A DNA stretch of 63,427 nucleotides, the filler included, from Chiloscyllium plagiosum (lineage: Eukaryota): assembly GCF_004010195.1 (NCBI RefSeq). It is 5 parts of one record of this genome, joined end to end, with 100 filler letters (N's around TTAATTAATTAA, not from the genome) between each part and the next. Parts side by side here need not be neighbours in the genome. Positions count along the whole stretch, not along the records: positions 1 to 19,687 come from NC_057712.1; positions 19,788 to 41,276 come from NC_057712.1; 3 more parts are not named here. The stretch is one strand, 5' to 3'. The notes beneath the pieces were generated by a model. The model did no database searches, was not told the origin of the DNA, and saw only the letters and a list, made by a program, of their open reading frames with translations. Of the stretch, positions 12,115 through 24,861 are shown in pieces; the stretch's first letter is position 1; every line of letters begins with the position of its first letter. Both the position numbers and the translations under genes were made by a program.

Positions 12115-13311
12115 ATCATATCCACTATGAATTGGTGGTCACAGTGGGATCCACTGTTCCTTGGAACAAAACAATTAAAATTTAGTGATTGAAGCAGAGT
12201 ATAGATTGGTTAGATGATTGAAAGGAGAAGGGGGAACAGGGTGGATTAAAAGCTTATGAAAATACTTGAGATTAAAGTTATTACTTGTCTAAAAGATCCT
12301 GTCTGAGCTGAACTGTTTGTACTGTCTACGTAATATTCCTCTGAGCACAACAGTTTATGATCATTAACATTCACAGTTGTCTGTGCCACACAGCTTATGT
12401 TTCATCCTGCATCACATGGGAAAACAAATGAGTCCCTAATACAGGGGGAAGTTCTGCTTCCACTGCCATAAATAAATGGCAGTATAACAGTCCGACAGCA
12501 GGCCTGGGAGCTCACAGTGTGAAAATAAATGAGGAGTGACTAATTTTTCGAGGCAGGTGGCATTTCATCAGATGTGCAATGCTGGAAGTTCCAGCAGTGA
12601 CAAAGTCCCAGAACAACCAAACTGCGAAATGGTTGAAGTGAACAGAACGAGGTAATGCTCAGCATCAGTGTTAATCGAAGTACATCAGTTTAACACCAAG
12701 GGCCAGTGAAATTAGAATCTCATTAAATGAAAAATGTAAAAAGGCCAATTAATTCACCACAATTCCACAAGTCAGATATATTACAGTTGTGACATAAATG
12801 ACATCCTGAGGCAGTGTAAAGTTGTGGATCATTACTGGGAAGAACTCAAACTATTTCAAGTAATGAGTTATATGGGTGTATGGTCTATTAACTTAAAAGC
12901 CCATCCATGACCTGCACGTGAGTCAGATGCTCAAAAAAAAGTCTTTAAACAGTTCAGCCGAAATAAAATTCATGTATTTCTGGAATGTGCTCTCAAGTTT
13001 AAGCTCCATGGGTCAGTGGCATGTATCAGGCATTAAGGTAAATTGAGCTCATCAAAAATTCTGTTGCCTGTCGCCAAATTCTCACCAATTCCTAGCCACC
13101 CACCACCTGAGTACTCACTTATAACTCCCAGTCTAACATTGCCTAGATTTTAAATTTTGCATACTAGTTTTAACTGTTGTCTCATACTTCCTTTTCCTAT
13201 AATGTGTTGTAATCATTAAATAGCTATTTTAAACTGAAATAATCAAAAGATTTTAGGACATCATCAAAAATGACTATGCTCTTAGATTATTAATAACACA
13301 CCCACACCCTG

Positions 13312-13500
13312 AACCAAAGAACAAAAAACAGAACAAAGAATAATATACCACAGAATTAGGCCCTTCGGCCCTTGAAGTCTGTGCCGACACATTTTGCCCT
13401 TCCATACCAAAACTGTCTTCACTTACAGGATCCATATCACTCTATTCCCTTCCTATTCATGTATTCATCAGGTGCTTATTGAATGCTGCTATTGAATACT
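13312..13500 (-). mobile_element. CR1 LINE 3' tail fragment
   Basis: AGAACAAAGAA...AGGCCCTTCGGCCC is the reverse complement of the CR1 tail. Confidence 0.65.
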
Positions 13501-14225
13501 GCTTATTTGTCTGTTAATTGGACCCATTGGACATAATCGAATGCCTTTAAGATGTTGCTCAGCTTCAGTTTTATACAGGTAATGCTGTACCCTAAGAACT
13601 GTTGCCTTCAAGAAATCAGAGCCTTCTCTGACCTTGAATCTGGTAGGAAGGATAATATCTTTTTCCATTTCTTTTCAAAGTGTTCTTCATTTTATTCAAT
13701 GAAAATGTATTTTAACTTTTCACCATTTAAATATTGCCTTAATTCTAATATTCTTTGAGCATTTACTCTTGTATTCATAAATAGTATTTTGAATTGAATG
13801 ACTGTAGAGCTTGTTGGACTTTGCACTACAATACTATTACAGCATTTCCTTGTGAGCATTTCTAACGGTGTGTTCCTCTAATACTGCACTGAATTCTTCA
13901 ATATAGCTTTGAATTGCATCACTGGCTATTCTATAATAATTTACTGCTTTCAAGCTGTTTAAATTTGTTTTTTTGTAGTATCGCGTCAGTCAACTGCTTG
14001 CTGGATTTTTCTACTTTTTTTAAACAATCAAAATTGTGGCTATCCATTTCCTGGCATTTCTTCACCTTCTAAAGCCAAGGTAGAGTTTTCCTGTTTCTTC
14101 CTAGGTAATCTGAACTTAGTGTTGGTGCATTGAACCATAAACAATCTTTTACATTATGTTTTAAATAATGTTCTCTGGCTATGACTTTAATAAATCCTCC
14201 TGCCAAAACTACATCTTTAAATTAT

Positions 14226-14523
14226 GGGCGACACGGTGGCTCAGTGGTTAGCACTACTGCTTCACAGCACCAAGGTCGGGCGACTGTCTGTGTGGAGTTT
14301 GCACGTTCTCCCCGTGTCCGCGTGGGTTTCCTCCAGGTACTCCGGTTTCCTCCCACAGTCCAAAGATGTGCAGGTTTGGGTGGATTGGCCGTGCTAAATT
14401 GCCCTGTAGTTTTAGGTGTGTCAGTCAGAGGGAAATGGGTCTGGGTGTATTACTCTTCGTAGGGTCAGTGTGGACTTGTTGGACCGAAGGGCCTGTTTCC
14501 ACACTGTAGGGAATCTAATCTAA
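14226..14523 (+). mobile_element. HE1-type V-SINE
   Basis: Head GGGCGACACGGTGGCTCAGTGGTTAGC, V-domain, tail. Confidence 0.9.
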
Positions 14524-15744
14524 ATCTACTTGATTTCAGCTTCTTTGAATTTGGTGGCCTTTCCGATTCTGTAACTATGATCTAAACTTATTTTGACTCT
14601 TGCACTGTGTTTTTGTAGTCGCACCTAATGTTGATGGTGACAATGCTCAATGTGAGAGCTGAATTTCCTGCCTTCCCGTTTTGGTCTTAGCACCATTTTC
14701 CATAAACTTTCTTCTTTGTTGGGGATCTCAATTTATCATGTGGAACCTTCAACTGCTCTCTACAGAGCCTTCTTCAATTCAGCTTCTGTATTTTTGAAAT
14801 GTGGGTGGCTTTTTAATCTTTTCCTAGACCACATCTTTGTCTAGCACTTCTTAACTGCTTTGAAATGATGTTTTTCCTTTGGAAAGCAAATCTTTTGCTG
14901 TTTAATGTGGCAAACCTGCTTGATTTCATTTTGCAGTAACTTGCTGCAAACGATTCTCATTTATCTTTGGACCATCGAGTAATTAGTAGTCAAGTGTACA
15001 CTACAGCAGAGTATCTTTTCTAAGAGAACAAGAGGATTTATTGCATGATAGCAATAAATACAACGATGTTTGATCAAGCATAATCACTAGGCTGTTAGGG
15101 AGCTGGTACAGATACATCTGCTCCCTCTGAATGCTAGTGTTATGTTGGCTGTAGAATGAGTGGAGCAAACATAACACGAACATTAACTCCTGTAGAACCA
15201 TTACCCTATACAATACCGTCCAGCCCTATACTCCTCAAATATCCTAATACTTAGAATTCTGGATACTTGAGCATATCCAATTTTCAATGTTCTGCCATCG
15301 AAAGCTGTCTTTTAGCTGCCTAGGGCTTTAAGCCCCAGTATTTCCTGCCTGTACCGCTCTGTTTATACCTTAAAGGCATTCTTATAATTTGCCTCTTTGA
15401 CCAAGATTTAGATCACTTGTTCTTCTGTGGCATGGCATGACATTTTGTTTTCTAATGCAGCTGTGTAGCACCTTGGAATTCTTTATGGTCTAACTAGAAA
15501 TGTGATATGAAGACCTGTGTAATTTTTCATCCAAATTAAATAATCTGCCTTATTGTTCTGTTATATCATGCAATCCAAATTCAACACTCTGAAGGAGACT
15601 ATTTATCTCCATGCTGGCTGATAGACAGCCAATTTGTAAAATTCCATTTTTCAGCCCTTAGTCTTAACCATCAAATGTTATTACACTTGGAGTGTGCACA
15701 GGATTTAACAGTAATGAAGATATCTGCTGCCTGATTTCCGTGCT

Positions 15745-17180
15745 CTAGAAACTCTCAGAGTGGTGTATGAGAGATTTGGTGCAGGCCAAGGAAGGAGTTA
15801 GCCCGCGTGGACTGGGTAAAAATATTAAAGGGTAGGACAATTGAAGGACAATGGCAAATGCTTCGGGATACACTAAATACCTCTCAATTAAACTACATTT
15901 CTGAGAAAAAAGGTTTAACAAGGAAGCAAGGATAGCATAAAGGCAAAAACTAGGACATATCATACTACCAAAGTTAATGGCACTCGGGAGGATTGGAAGA
16001 ACTTAAAACTTCTGGTCAGCAAAGGGTTACTAAAAATGAAATCAAAGGAGCTAAGTTGAACTACAAAAGGAAACTGGCAGAAAACATAAGCACTGACATG
16101 AAAAGCTTCTATAAAGTATATAAAAAGGAAGGGAATTGTAAATGTTGGCCCTTTAGAGATCAAAAGTGGTGAGATAATAATGGGAAACTCAGAGCCACTA
16201 AACCAATATTGTGTCTCTATTTTTGCAGTGGAAGCCAATAAATAATTTTTCCAAAAATTGCAGTTACTCCAGAGGAACGTGATGAAATTAACTAGGGAGA
16301 AACTGATGGGATTACATGGAAGTTATGCTAAGTTTGTAGATGAGATCAAAATTGGAGGTGTAGTCGACAGTCAAAAAGGTTACCTCAAAGTACAATGGGA
16401 CCTTTATCTGATGGGCCGAGAAGTGGGTTAGTGGAGTAAATGTGAGGTGATGCATTTTGGAAAGGCAAATCAGGATGCATACACTTAATGGTAAGATCCT
16501 TGGGAGTGTTGCTGAACAAAGACACCTTGGAGTGCAGGTTCATAGGTCTTTGAAAGTAGAGTCGCAGGTGAGAGGATGGTGAAGAAAGTGATTAGTATGC
16601 TTCCCTTTATTGTTCAGTACTTAGAGTATAGGAATTGGGAGGTCTGGTTATGTCTGTACAGGTCATTGGTTAGGCTTTTGGAATACTGCTTTCAATTCTG
16701 GCCTTCCTGCTATAGGAAAGATGTTGTGAAACTTGAGAATGTTCAGAAAAGATTTACAAGAATGTTGTCAGGGTTGAAGGTTTTGAGCAATAAGGAGAGG
16801 CTGAATAGGCTGGGGCTATCTTCCTGAGAGCATTGGAGGATGCGGGATGACCTTATAGAAGTTTAGGGGTATTGATAGAATGAATAGCCAAGGTCTTTTC
16901 CCCAGGGTAGGGGAGTCCAAAACTAGAGAGGATAGATTTAAGATGATAGGGAAAAATTTAAGGGGCAACTTTTTCACGTAAAGGTTGGTCCATCTATGGA
17001 ATTACCTGCCAGAGGAAGTGGTGGAGGCTGGTATAATTACAGTATTTAAAAGGCATCATTATGAATACGAAGGGTTTTGAAGGATATGAGCCAAATTCTG
17101 GCAAATGGGATTATATTTATTTCAGATATCTGGTCAGCATGGATGAGTTGGACCAAACAATCTGTTTCCATGTTGTATAG
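15745..17180 (+). mobile_element. Decayed CR1 ORF2 fragments (two adjacent pieces) ending in 3' tail
   Basis: LYRSLVRLLEYCFQFWPSCYRKDVVKLENVQKRFTRM; tail TTGGACCAAACAATCTGTTTCCATGTTGTA. Confidence 0.85.
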
Positions 17181-17182
17181 TG

Positions 17183-19018
17183 GAAGTATATACAGTAAAG
17201 ATTGAGTGAATCCTGAGAAGATTATAAAGACAGTGGGAGTATACTTAAGAGGGAAATCAGCAGGACAAAAGCAGGACATGAAATAGCTTTGCCAAATGGG
17301 ATGAAGGAGAACCCAAAGTGATTCTGCAAATACATTCAGGACAAAAGGGTAATTAGGGAGGGAATAGAACCCCTTAAAGGTCAGCAAGACCACCTACGTG
17401 TACAATGACAGGAGATGGGCAGATACTTAACAAGTATTTTGAATCATGTTTACTGTGGAGAAGGACATGGAAGGTACAAAATTAGGGGAAATAAATAGCA
17501 AAATCTTGAAAAATGTCCATATTACAGAGGAGGAGGTGCTGGACATTTTAAAATTCATAAAGATGGATAAATTCCCGGACCTCATCAGGTGTTCACTAGA
17601 ACTCTGTAGGCAGCAATGAAAGAGATTTCTGGGCTCCTTGCTGAGCTATTTGTATCATCGATAGCTACAGGTGAGGTGCTGGAAGACTGACGGATGGCTA
17701 ACATGGCACCATTATTTAAGGATGGTGGTAAGAGAAAACCAGGGAACTGTGGACTGTGAGCCTGATATCGGTGGTAGGTGAGTTTTTTGGAGGGAATTTT
17801 GAGCGACAGGATTACATGTATTTGGAAAGGCAAGGATTGATTAGGGTTAGTCAGCATGGCTTTGTGCGTGGGCAATCATGTCTCATTAACTTGATTGAGT
17901 TTCCTGAAGACATACTGAAGATTATTGGTGAGGGCAGAGTGGTGAATGCAATCTATATGGAGTTCAGCAAGGCATTCAACAAGGTTCCTCATTGTAGTTT
18001 GGTTCATAGGGTTTGATCTCATGGAATACAGGGAGAACTAGCCATTTGGATACAGAATAGCTCAAAGGTAGAAGACAGAGAATGGTGGTTTTCAGAAAAG
18101 AGACTTGTGACCAGTGGTGCACCACAAGGGCCCACGGCTTTTTTTCATTTATGTAAATGATTTGGATTTGAACGTACAATGTATGGTTAATAAGTGTGCA
18201 GATGACATTAAAATTGGAGGTGTAGTGGACAGCTATAAAGGTTACCTCAGAATACAATGTATTTTGATTAGATGGGCCAATGGACCAAAAAGTGGCAGGT
18301 GGAGTTTAAGTTTGACAAATGTGAGGTGCTGCATTTTGGAAAGGCAAATCAGGGCAGGACTTATACACTTAATGGTAAGGTCCAGGGGAGTGTTGGTGAA
18401 TAAAGAGACATTGGAGTGCAGGTGAATAGCTCCTTGACATTGCAGTCACAGGAAGATAGGATAGTGAAGAAAGCGTTTGGTATGCTTGTTTTTATTGTTG
18501 AGTGCTTTGAGTATAGGAGTTGGGAGGTCATGGCTGCATCTGTACAGGACATTGGTTAGGCCACTTTTGAATTATTGTGTGCTCTCTGCTATAGGAAAGA
18601 TGTTGTGAAACTTGAAAGGGTTCAGAAAAGATTTATGAGGATATTGCCAGGGTTGGAGGGTTTAGCTATAGGGAGAAGCTGTCGCCTGGGGCTATTTTCC
18701 CTAAAACATTGGAGGCTGAGGGGTGACCTTATAGAGGTTTATAAAATCATGAGGGGTGTAGACATGATAAGTAGGCAAGGCCTTTTCCATGGGGTGGGGG
18801 AGTCCAAAACTGGAAGGCATAGTTTAAGGTGAGAAAGGGAAAGATTTAAAAGGGACCTAAGGGACAACCTTTTCACATAAAGGGCAATGTGTGTATGGAA
18901 TGAGCTGCCAGAGGGAGTGGTGGAGGCTGGTGCAATTACAACATTTATAAGGCATCTGGATGGGTATATGAATGGGAAGAGTTTGGAGGCATATGGGCCA
19001 AATGCTGGCAAATAGAAC
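17183..19018 (+). mobile_element. Decayed CR1 ORF2 (RT) fragment
   Basis: SQHGFVRGQSCLINLIEF, IYMEFSKAFNKVPH, FIYVNDLD, KCADDIKIGG. Confidence 0.9.
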
Positions 19019-19380
19019 TACAGAGGAACCTCGCTTATCCAAATATCAATTATCCAAATTTTGGATTATCCAAAGGGGATCTCAAGGTCCTGATAGAAAC
19101 ATTACATCAAACAGCTGTTTCAACCCTGATTGTGTCTTTTGTTTACAAGTACAACGATTAAAAATGAATCACTGAAATGCTGCTGAGAACAGTCCTGGAC
19201 AGTCCAGGCACTGTCTCCAAATGACTGACCTCCCACCTTCTCTCTTCCCCTCAACCCTACACTTTCTTTGGAGTTCTACATCAAGTTGAACTCTAAACCC
19301 CTTTCCCCAGATAATCTCTCCAACATTGTCCCGTAGAGGGAAAAGGTGGAACCTGTCAAAAAGTTACAGTAAAAGGTTTT
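19019..19380 (+). mobile_element. Probable Tc1/mariner-pogo (Tigger-like) transposon or MITE left end
   Basis: TA then CAGAGGAACCTCGCTTATCC with subterminal TTATCCAAA repeats; interrupts CR1 tail; other end not seen (gap). Confidence 0.45.
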
Positions 19381-19458
19381 GTGTGTGTGTGTGTGTGTGT
19401 GGGGTGGGGGTGGAGTGGGAGGGGTGTGGTGGTGAGGGACACGGGGGCTGTGTGTGTC

Positions 19459-19492
<34 letters not shown>

Positions 19493-19687
19493 GCTCTGTG
19501 TGCGCGTGTGTGTGGCTCTGTGTGTGGCTCTGCATGTGTATGTGCGTGTGGCTCTGTGTGTATGTGTGTGTGGCTCTGTGTGTGGCTGTGTGCGCGTATG
19601 GCTCTGTGTGTGTGTGGGTCTGTGTGTGGCTGTGTGTGTGTATCTGTGTGTGTGGCTGTGTGTGTGCGCGGCTCTGTGTGGCTGTGC
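19380..19687. repeat. Compound (TG)n microsatellite with GGCTCTGTGTGT units
   Basis: Direct reading; runs into assembly gap. Confidence 0.95.
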
Positions 19688-19787
19688 NNNNNNNNNNNNN
19701 NNNNNNNNNNNNNNNNNNNNNNNNNNNNNNNTTAATTAATTAANNNNNNNNNNNNNNNNNNNNNNNNNNNNNNNNNNNNNNNNNNNN
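19688..19787. other. Scaffold gap with artificial linker N44-TTAATTAATTAA-N44
   Basis: Same construct at 41277-41376, 55104-55203 and 60729-60828. Confidence 0.95.
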
Positions 19788-20779
19788 AAAAACGAAGTAA
19801 ATTTTTAACTAGTCCCTGGTAAAGAAATAAAAATCCTTACCTTAAAAGAAAAGCAGAGTAGTTAAGAAGGTTAGAGGAGGAGGATGGGTGGGAGATACTA
19901 CAGGTGTAGAATCTCGGGTTTAGCCGCCTTCCTGACTTATATACTCACTTTTCATGTGGTGGAAGGAGTGGATGTTTATGATGTGATGCTAATCAAGTGT
20001 TGGAGATGTGGTCATTCAGGCAAGTGGAGATTTATGAGGTAAGTTACTAACAGCATTTTATCTAGCCTCTAACCCATTCTTGTAGCTACACTGTTTATAC
20101 ACTGGTCCAGTTAAAGTTCTAGTCAATGGAGCCTTGAGGATGTTAATCGTGGAGTAATAAATGATGGTTATGTAACTGAATATCAAAAGTTAGTGGTTAG
20201 ATACTTTATTGTTGCAGATTATCGTTGCATGTCACATGCATGGTAATTATGCAGTGCCTTTAACATATAGGACATCTCAATGCTTTGCTCAGAACTGTTC
20301 AAACTAAATGTAATATTGAGTCAAAAGTAGATATTTGGACAGATGAACTTGGTCGAAGTTATAGGTTTAAGGAGTGTTTTGGAGGAGAGGCAGGTAAAGA
20401 AGCAGAGAAGTTACAAATGGAATGGCTGAAGGCCAGACAACTGAGGACATGACCACTGTGAGATACATGCAAGAGAGCAGAATTAGAGGAGTGCAGATAT
20501 CTTTTTAAAAAGCTGTATTAGTGCAGAAGGTTATCCAAGGAAAAGAGTGAATTAATGGAGGAAGTATAAGCTTGAAAACCAGTTGAGGCATTGCTGGAAC
20601 ATGGGGTCAAAGTATTTTGGTAAATAGAAATTTAAAGCAAGTTAGCATCCAAACAGTTTTTGGAGTGTGCAAGAGAGGTGGGCTTGGTGATATTGGAGTT
20701 GTTTCTCCTGGAAGTCTGAAAACTTCAATGAGATTCTTTTAGTAATGGGTATCCTAGAGACAGAAGTGTTGGTGAGGAG

Positions 20780-22697
20780 TGCCGGGGTAAAAATATCCAT
20801 TAACATCTAAGCCTGGTATATCTGCAACATTGGAGGAGGTGGCTACGTAAATATTCTCACCCACAATGATGGCATATCCTGGCACATTAGTGCTAAAGAT
20901 AAGACTCATGCATTGCAACAATCTTCAACCAGAATCTGCAATGGGTAATTTATCTTGTCATCCACCAGAGGTGCCCAGCATTGCAGATGCCAAACTTCAC
21001 CTAATTCAGATTTGTTCCATGTGATATCAAGAAATGGCTGGAGACACTGGATAATGCAAAGGCTATGGGTCCTGAAAACATTCCAGCAGTAATATGAAGA
21101 TGTGTGCTACAGAACTTGATATGTCACTCTTCAAGTTGGTGCAGTATAGCTACAACACAGGCATTTACCAAACATTGTGGTAAATTGCCCAGACATGGCT
21201 TATGCACCATAAGCAGAACAAATCTAACCTGGCCAATTACTACCTCTGCATTTTACTCTCAATCATCATGAAAGAAGTCATCCCTGTTTATCAAGTAGCA
21301 CCTGCTCAGTAATAACCTGCTCAGTGATGCTCAGTTTGGGTTCCGTCAGGGCCACTGCTCTCATTACAGCTTTTGTTCAAACATGGACAAAAGAGATGGA
21401 TTCCTGAGGTGAGCTGAGACTGACATCCTTTGACATCAAGGCTGCATTTTGAAAAGGTGCGGCATCAAGAAGTAAAACTGGAATCATTTAGAATTCGGGG
21501 AAAACTTGTTACTTGTTGGAGTCATACCTGACACAAAGGAAGTTGTTGGTGGCCATTCATCTCAACACCAGGACATCTCTGTAGGTATTCCTCAGAATAG
21601 TATCTTGCCCAACTATCTGCAGCTTCGACATCATTGACCTTCCCTTCATCAGAGGATCACAACTGGGAATGTTCACCTTATGAGTGTTCAGCACCATTCA
21701 TGAGTCCTTAGATACTGAAGCAGTCGATGCCTAAAAGCAGAAGACACAGACAGTATTTAGGTTTGAGCTGAAAAGTGGCAACTAATATTGTTACCACACA
21801 AGTGCAAGGTAATCGTGTTTTGACTGTCTCCAACTTGAGAAAACCTAGCCATTATCCTTGACTTTCAAGGTATTGATAAAACTAAATCCCCAGAATCAAC
21901 ATCTTAAGGGTTAGCATAGACCAGAAACTGAACTGAACTAGCCAAATAAATTCTATGGTTGCAAGAGCAAGCCAGGGGCTAATAATCCTGTAGCGAATGA
22001 CTAGGTGTCTGACTCTCCAAAGCCCGTCCACTATCTACAAGGCACAAATCAGGACACTGATGAAATAATGTCCACTTGCCTGGATGAGTATAGCTCCAGC
22101 AACACTCAAGCTTGATACCACCCAGGACAAACCACACAATTGATTGGCACCATATCCACAAACATTCTCTCCCTGCATCACTGATGCACAATCATGCAAA
22201 TCGTGCAATGTTTCTTCTAAGCTGCATGACTGCATGTGTGCAGCCACTCCAAAGTTTTGTGTATGGCAATTGGTATGCTGACACAGATCACAGTATTGAC
22301 ATCTGATTCCAGAAATCACTCCTACATAACAAGGAGAAAAGAGGGAAGCTTGTACCATCTACAACATGCACTACAGAAATTTACCAAGGCTCCTTAGACA
22401 GGACCTTTTAAACCCATGACCACTTCCACCTAAAAGGACAAGGGCAGCTGATACATGGGAACACCACTACTGGCATAATCATCCACTCCAAAACATACAC
22501 TATCCAACTTGGAGATATATTGACATTCCTGCAGAGTCATTGGGTCAAATTCCTGGAATTCTACCAACATTGTGGGTCTATATGGACTACAGCGATTCAG
22601 GAAGATAGCTCACCATGACCTTCTCAAAGGGCAACTAAGGATAGGCCATAAATGCTGGTCCTAGCAATGATGCCTTTATCCCCTAAATTAATAAAAT
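20780..22697 (+). mobile_element. Decayed non-LTR LINE (CR1/Zenon-like), RT to 3' tail
   Basis: Translates to CATELDMSLFKLVQYSYNTGIY...NKSNLANY; tail CTTCTCAAAGGGCAACTAAGGATAGGCCATAAATGCTGG; related pieces at 19950-20245(-), 28860-29620(+), 29630-30680(-), 55869-56365(+), 60960-61100(+). Confidence 0.7.
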
Positions 22698-23214
22698 CGT
22701 TTCTCAAGCTCCATGGCTCCATGGGAGCAATTGAGATGCCTGGTCACATTCACACATGCGGTGTGTTGGTAGTTCATGAAAGAGACCTAGGTCCAATTGT
22801 TTGTCTAGGACAGGAACGTGCCTGGAGCTAAAAATTACACTTCCAGACATTTTCGCAATACAGAACTTTTCTGCAATGAAACCTTATTAAGGAAGTAGAT
22901 GTCCCCAAACACTAGCGACTTTCAGTCTCAGAAAGATTGTACTTACTTACAAAATGTGCCAAATGCAGGTTTAATACTCATATACAATTAAGATATTCAT
23001 TGAAAGTGAAATGAAGAAACAACTTGCAAATATTTCTCCTTCTTCAATCTCAGGATATTCCAAAGTGTTTGACAGCAAAGAACTATTTATGACATGCAAG
23101 ATATAATGTAAGAAGCAAGCAGACAATTTGCACATTGAAAGATTCTATAATCAGCAATATAATAATGTTCATATCTTTCACAGCACTCTGGCCCAGTTCT
23201 CAATCATTCACAAT

Positions 23215-23978
23215 AATCCCTTCCCTGCCCCTCGCACTTTCTCTTGCTCTGGAAATGAATCTGATCACCTACTTCTTCTCACTCTCTTTCCTTCTGTCCA
23301 AGTTCTAAACACTCCTGGGTAAAGCAGCAATTTACAAACACTTCTTTCAATTCAGCCTGCTTTTTGTGCTGCTCACTATATATTCTACCCGACACTGGGG
23401 AGGACAGATGTTGAGTAACTGTTCTGTGGGAAACCTGCATTCAACCTGCAGACATGATATTGAGTTTCCAGTTGCTGTTCCTTTTAATTCTCCATCTATC
23501 TCTCACTCTGACTTCTGTGCCCTCAGCTAGCTGCAATGTTTTAACAAAGCTCATTGTAAACTTGGGGAACAACACCTCATTTCTCAATAAGTCACTTTGC
23601 AGCCTTTCAGGTTCAAATCCAAGTTCAATAATTTCAAACCATAACCACTGCTCCCAATTGTTTTGCTAGATTTTAGTTTTAGCATTATATTCCAGTTATC
23701 TTGGTTCTGGATAACATTCTGCCATTCACACCTCCTCTAATGTCTTTTGATCTATCCTATTACCACTTCCTTTGGTCTGGCACCACCAATTATTCTATCA
23801 TATAATTTCTCTTGTTTTCCACTTTGATCTTTATCCCTCCTGCACCTTCAAATTTGTTTAAAACCTGTTATTTCTCTACTTTATCCCTGTTCTGATGAGA
23901 GGTCATCGACTTGAAGCATGAGTGTTGCCTCTCTTCACAGATTCTTCTCCATGGCTGAGTGCTTCTAGCACTTTCTGG
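23215..23978 (+). mobile_element. Ancient PLE 3' region with degenerate hammerhead
   Basis: Eroded GIY-YIG end (KLGEQHLI..LQP-like) and CTGATGAGAGGTCATCGACTTGAAGC at ~23892. Confidence 0.5.
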
Positions 23979-24644
23979 AATATTTAATTGGACGGGCTTC
24001 CAATTAAACCTGTTGAACTATAACCTGGTGTTGTGTGATTTTTACTTTTGGAATATATCCTGTTTCTTCAAGAGGAAGGATCCTTTTGTGGCGAGACACA
24101 GCTTTTATTTACATGGTTTCTGCAAGGAGCAGAGGTATCCGCCGCCTGCCTGAATGCAAAACCCTGTGCACTGTCAGTACTCATGAGCACTCTTGCATGT
24201 AGAAGGGTGCCTTCTTTCTGCCTTTTGTCTCTTGCTAGGGTGGAAGGTTTCTTCCACCATAATCTTTAATTGTGTTCAATGATTGCAGAACTACATGCAA
24301 TGGAAGCAATAGGAATAACTTATTGCATAGCATATTGAAAAAAAAGATGAGTGTCAAGAACATTTAAAGCCTAATAACTGGTCCTTAATCAGCATTATTT
24401 AGCAGTCAGTGTTAAGACTGATAGGGCATCAGCTAATTAGTTGTAAATACTGTAGAGTGTTAATCAGCATTGTTCACCAGCTTTGTTTACTGTGTCCTTT
24501 TTTAAAAATATTGCCTTTAAAAAATAGCAACAAAGCAAACCAAAAGAAAACACACTTGATAACAACATAAACAGAGAAAACAGTAGCATCAGCATATCTG
24601 CTATGGCAATGTGCAAGTTGGAAAATTAAGGCTTATGAGGAAAC

Positions 24645-24861
24645 TGAAATAATTCCACAGAGCTGATATCCTGTCACCAAGTCAACTTCTATATAAACCT
24701 GGAGACTCCTTGACACTGATTCAGCTCCATCAGAGCCAGCCATCAGAGTGAGCAGGATGTCTGATCCTCCTGTTGCTATCTGTCAGCCAGGGCTCTCTGA
24801 CTGGGGCAGGTTAACTACATTTTATGAGGTCCATCCAGCTGACCTCATTACAATCATTTCA
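24645..24861 (-). repeat. 3' LTR of the Gypsy element
   Basis: TG...CA ends; adjacent polypurine tract (plus strand TCCCTCCCTCTCT from 24862). Confidence 0.75.

Noticed and set aside
19326..19743. Cys/Val-rich ORFs
   Set aside because: Translation of the (TG)n microsatellite
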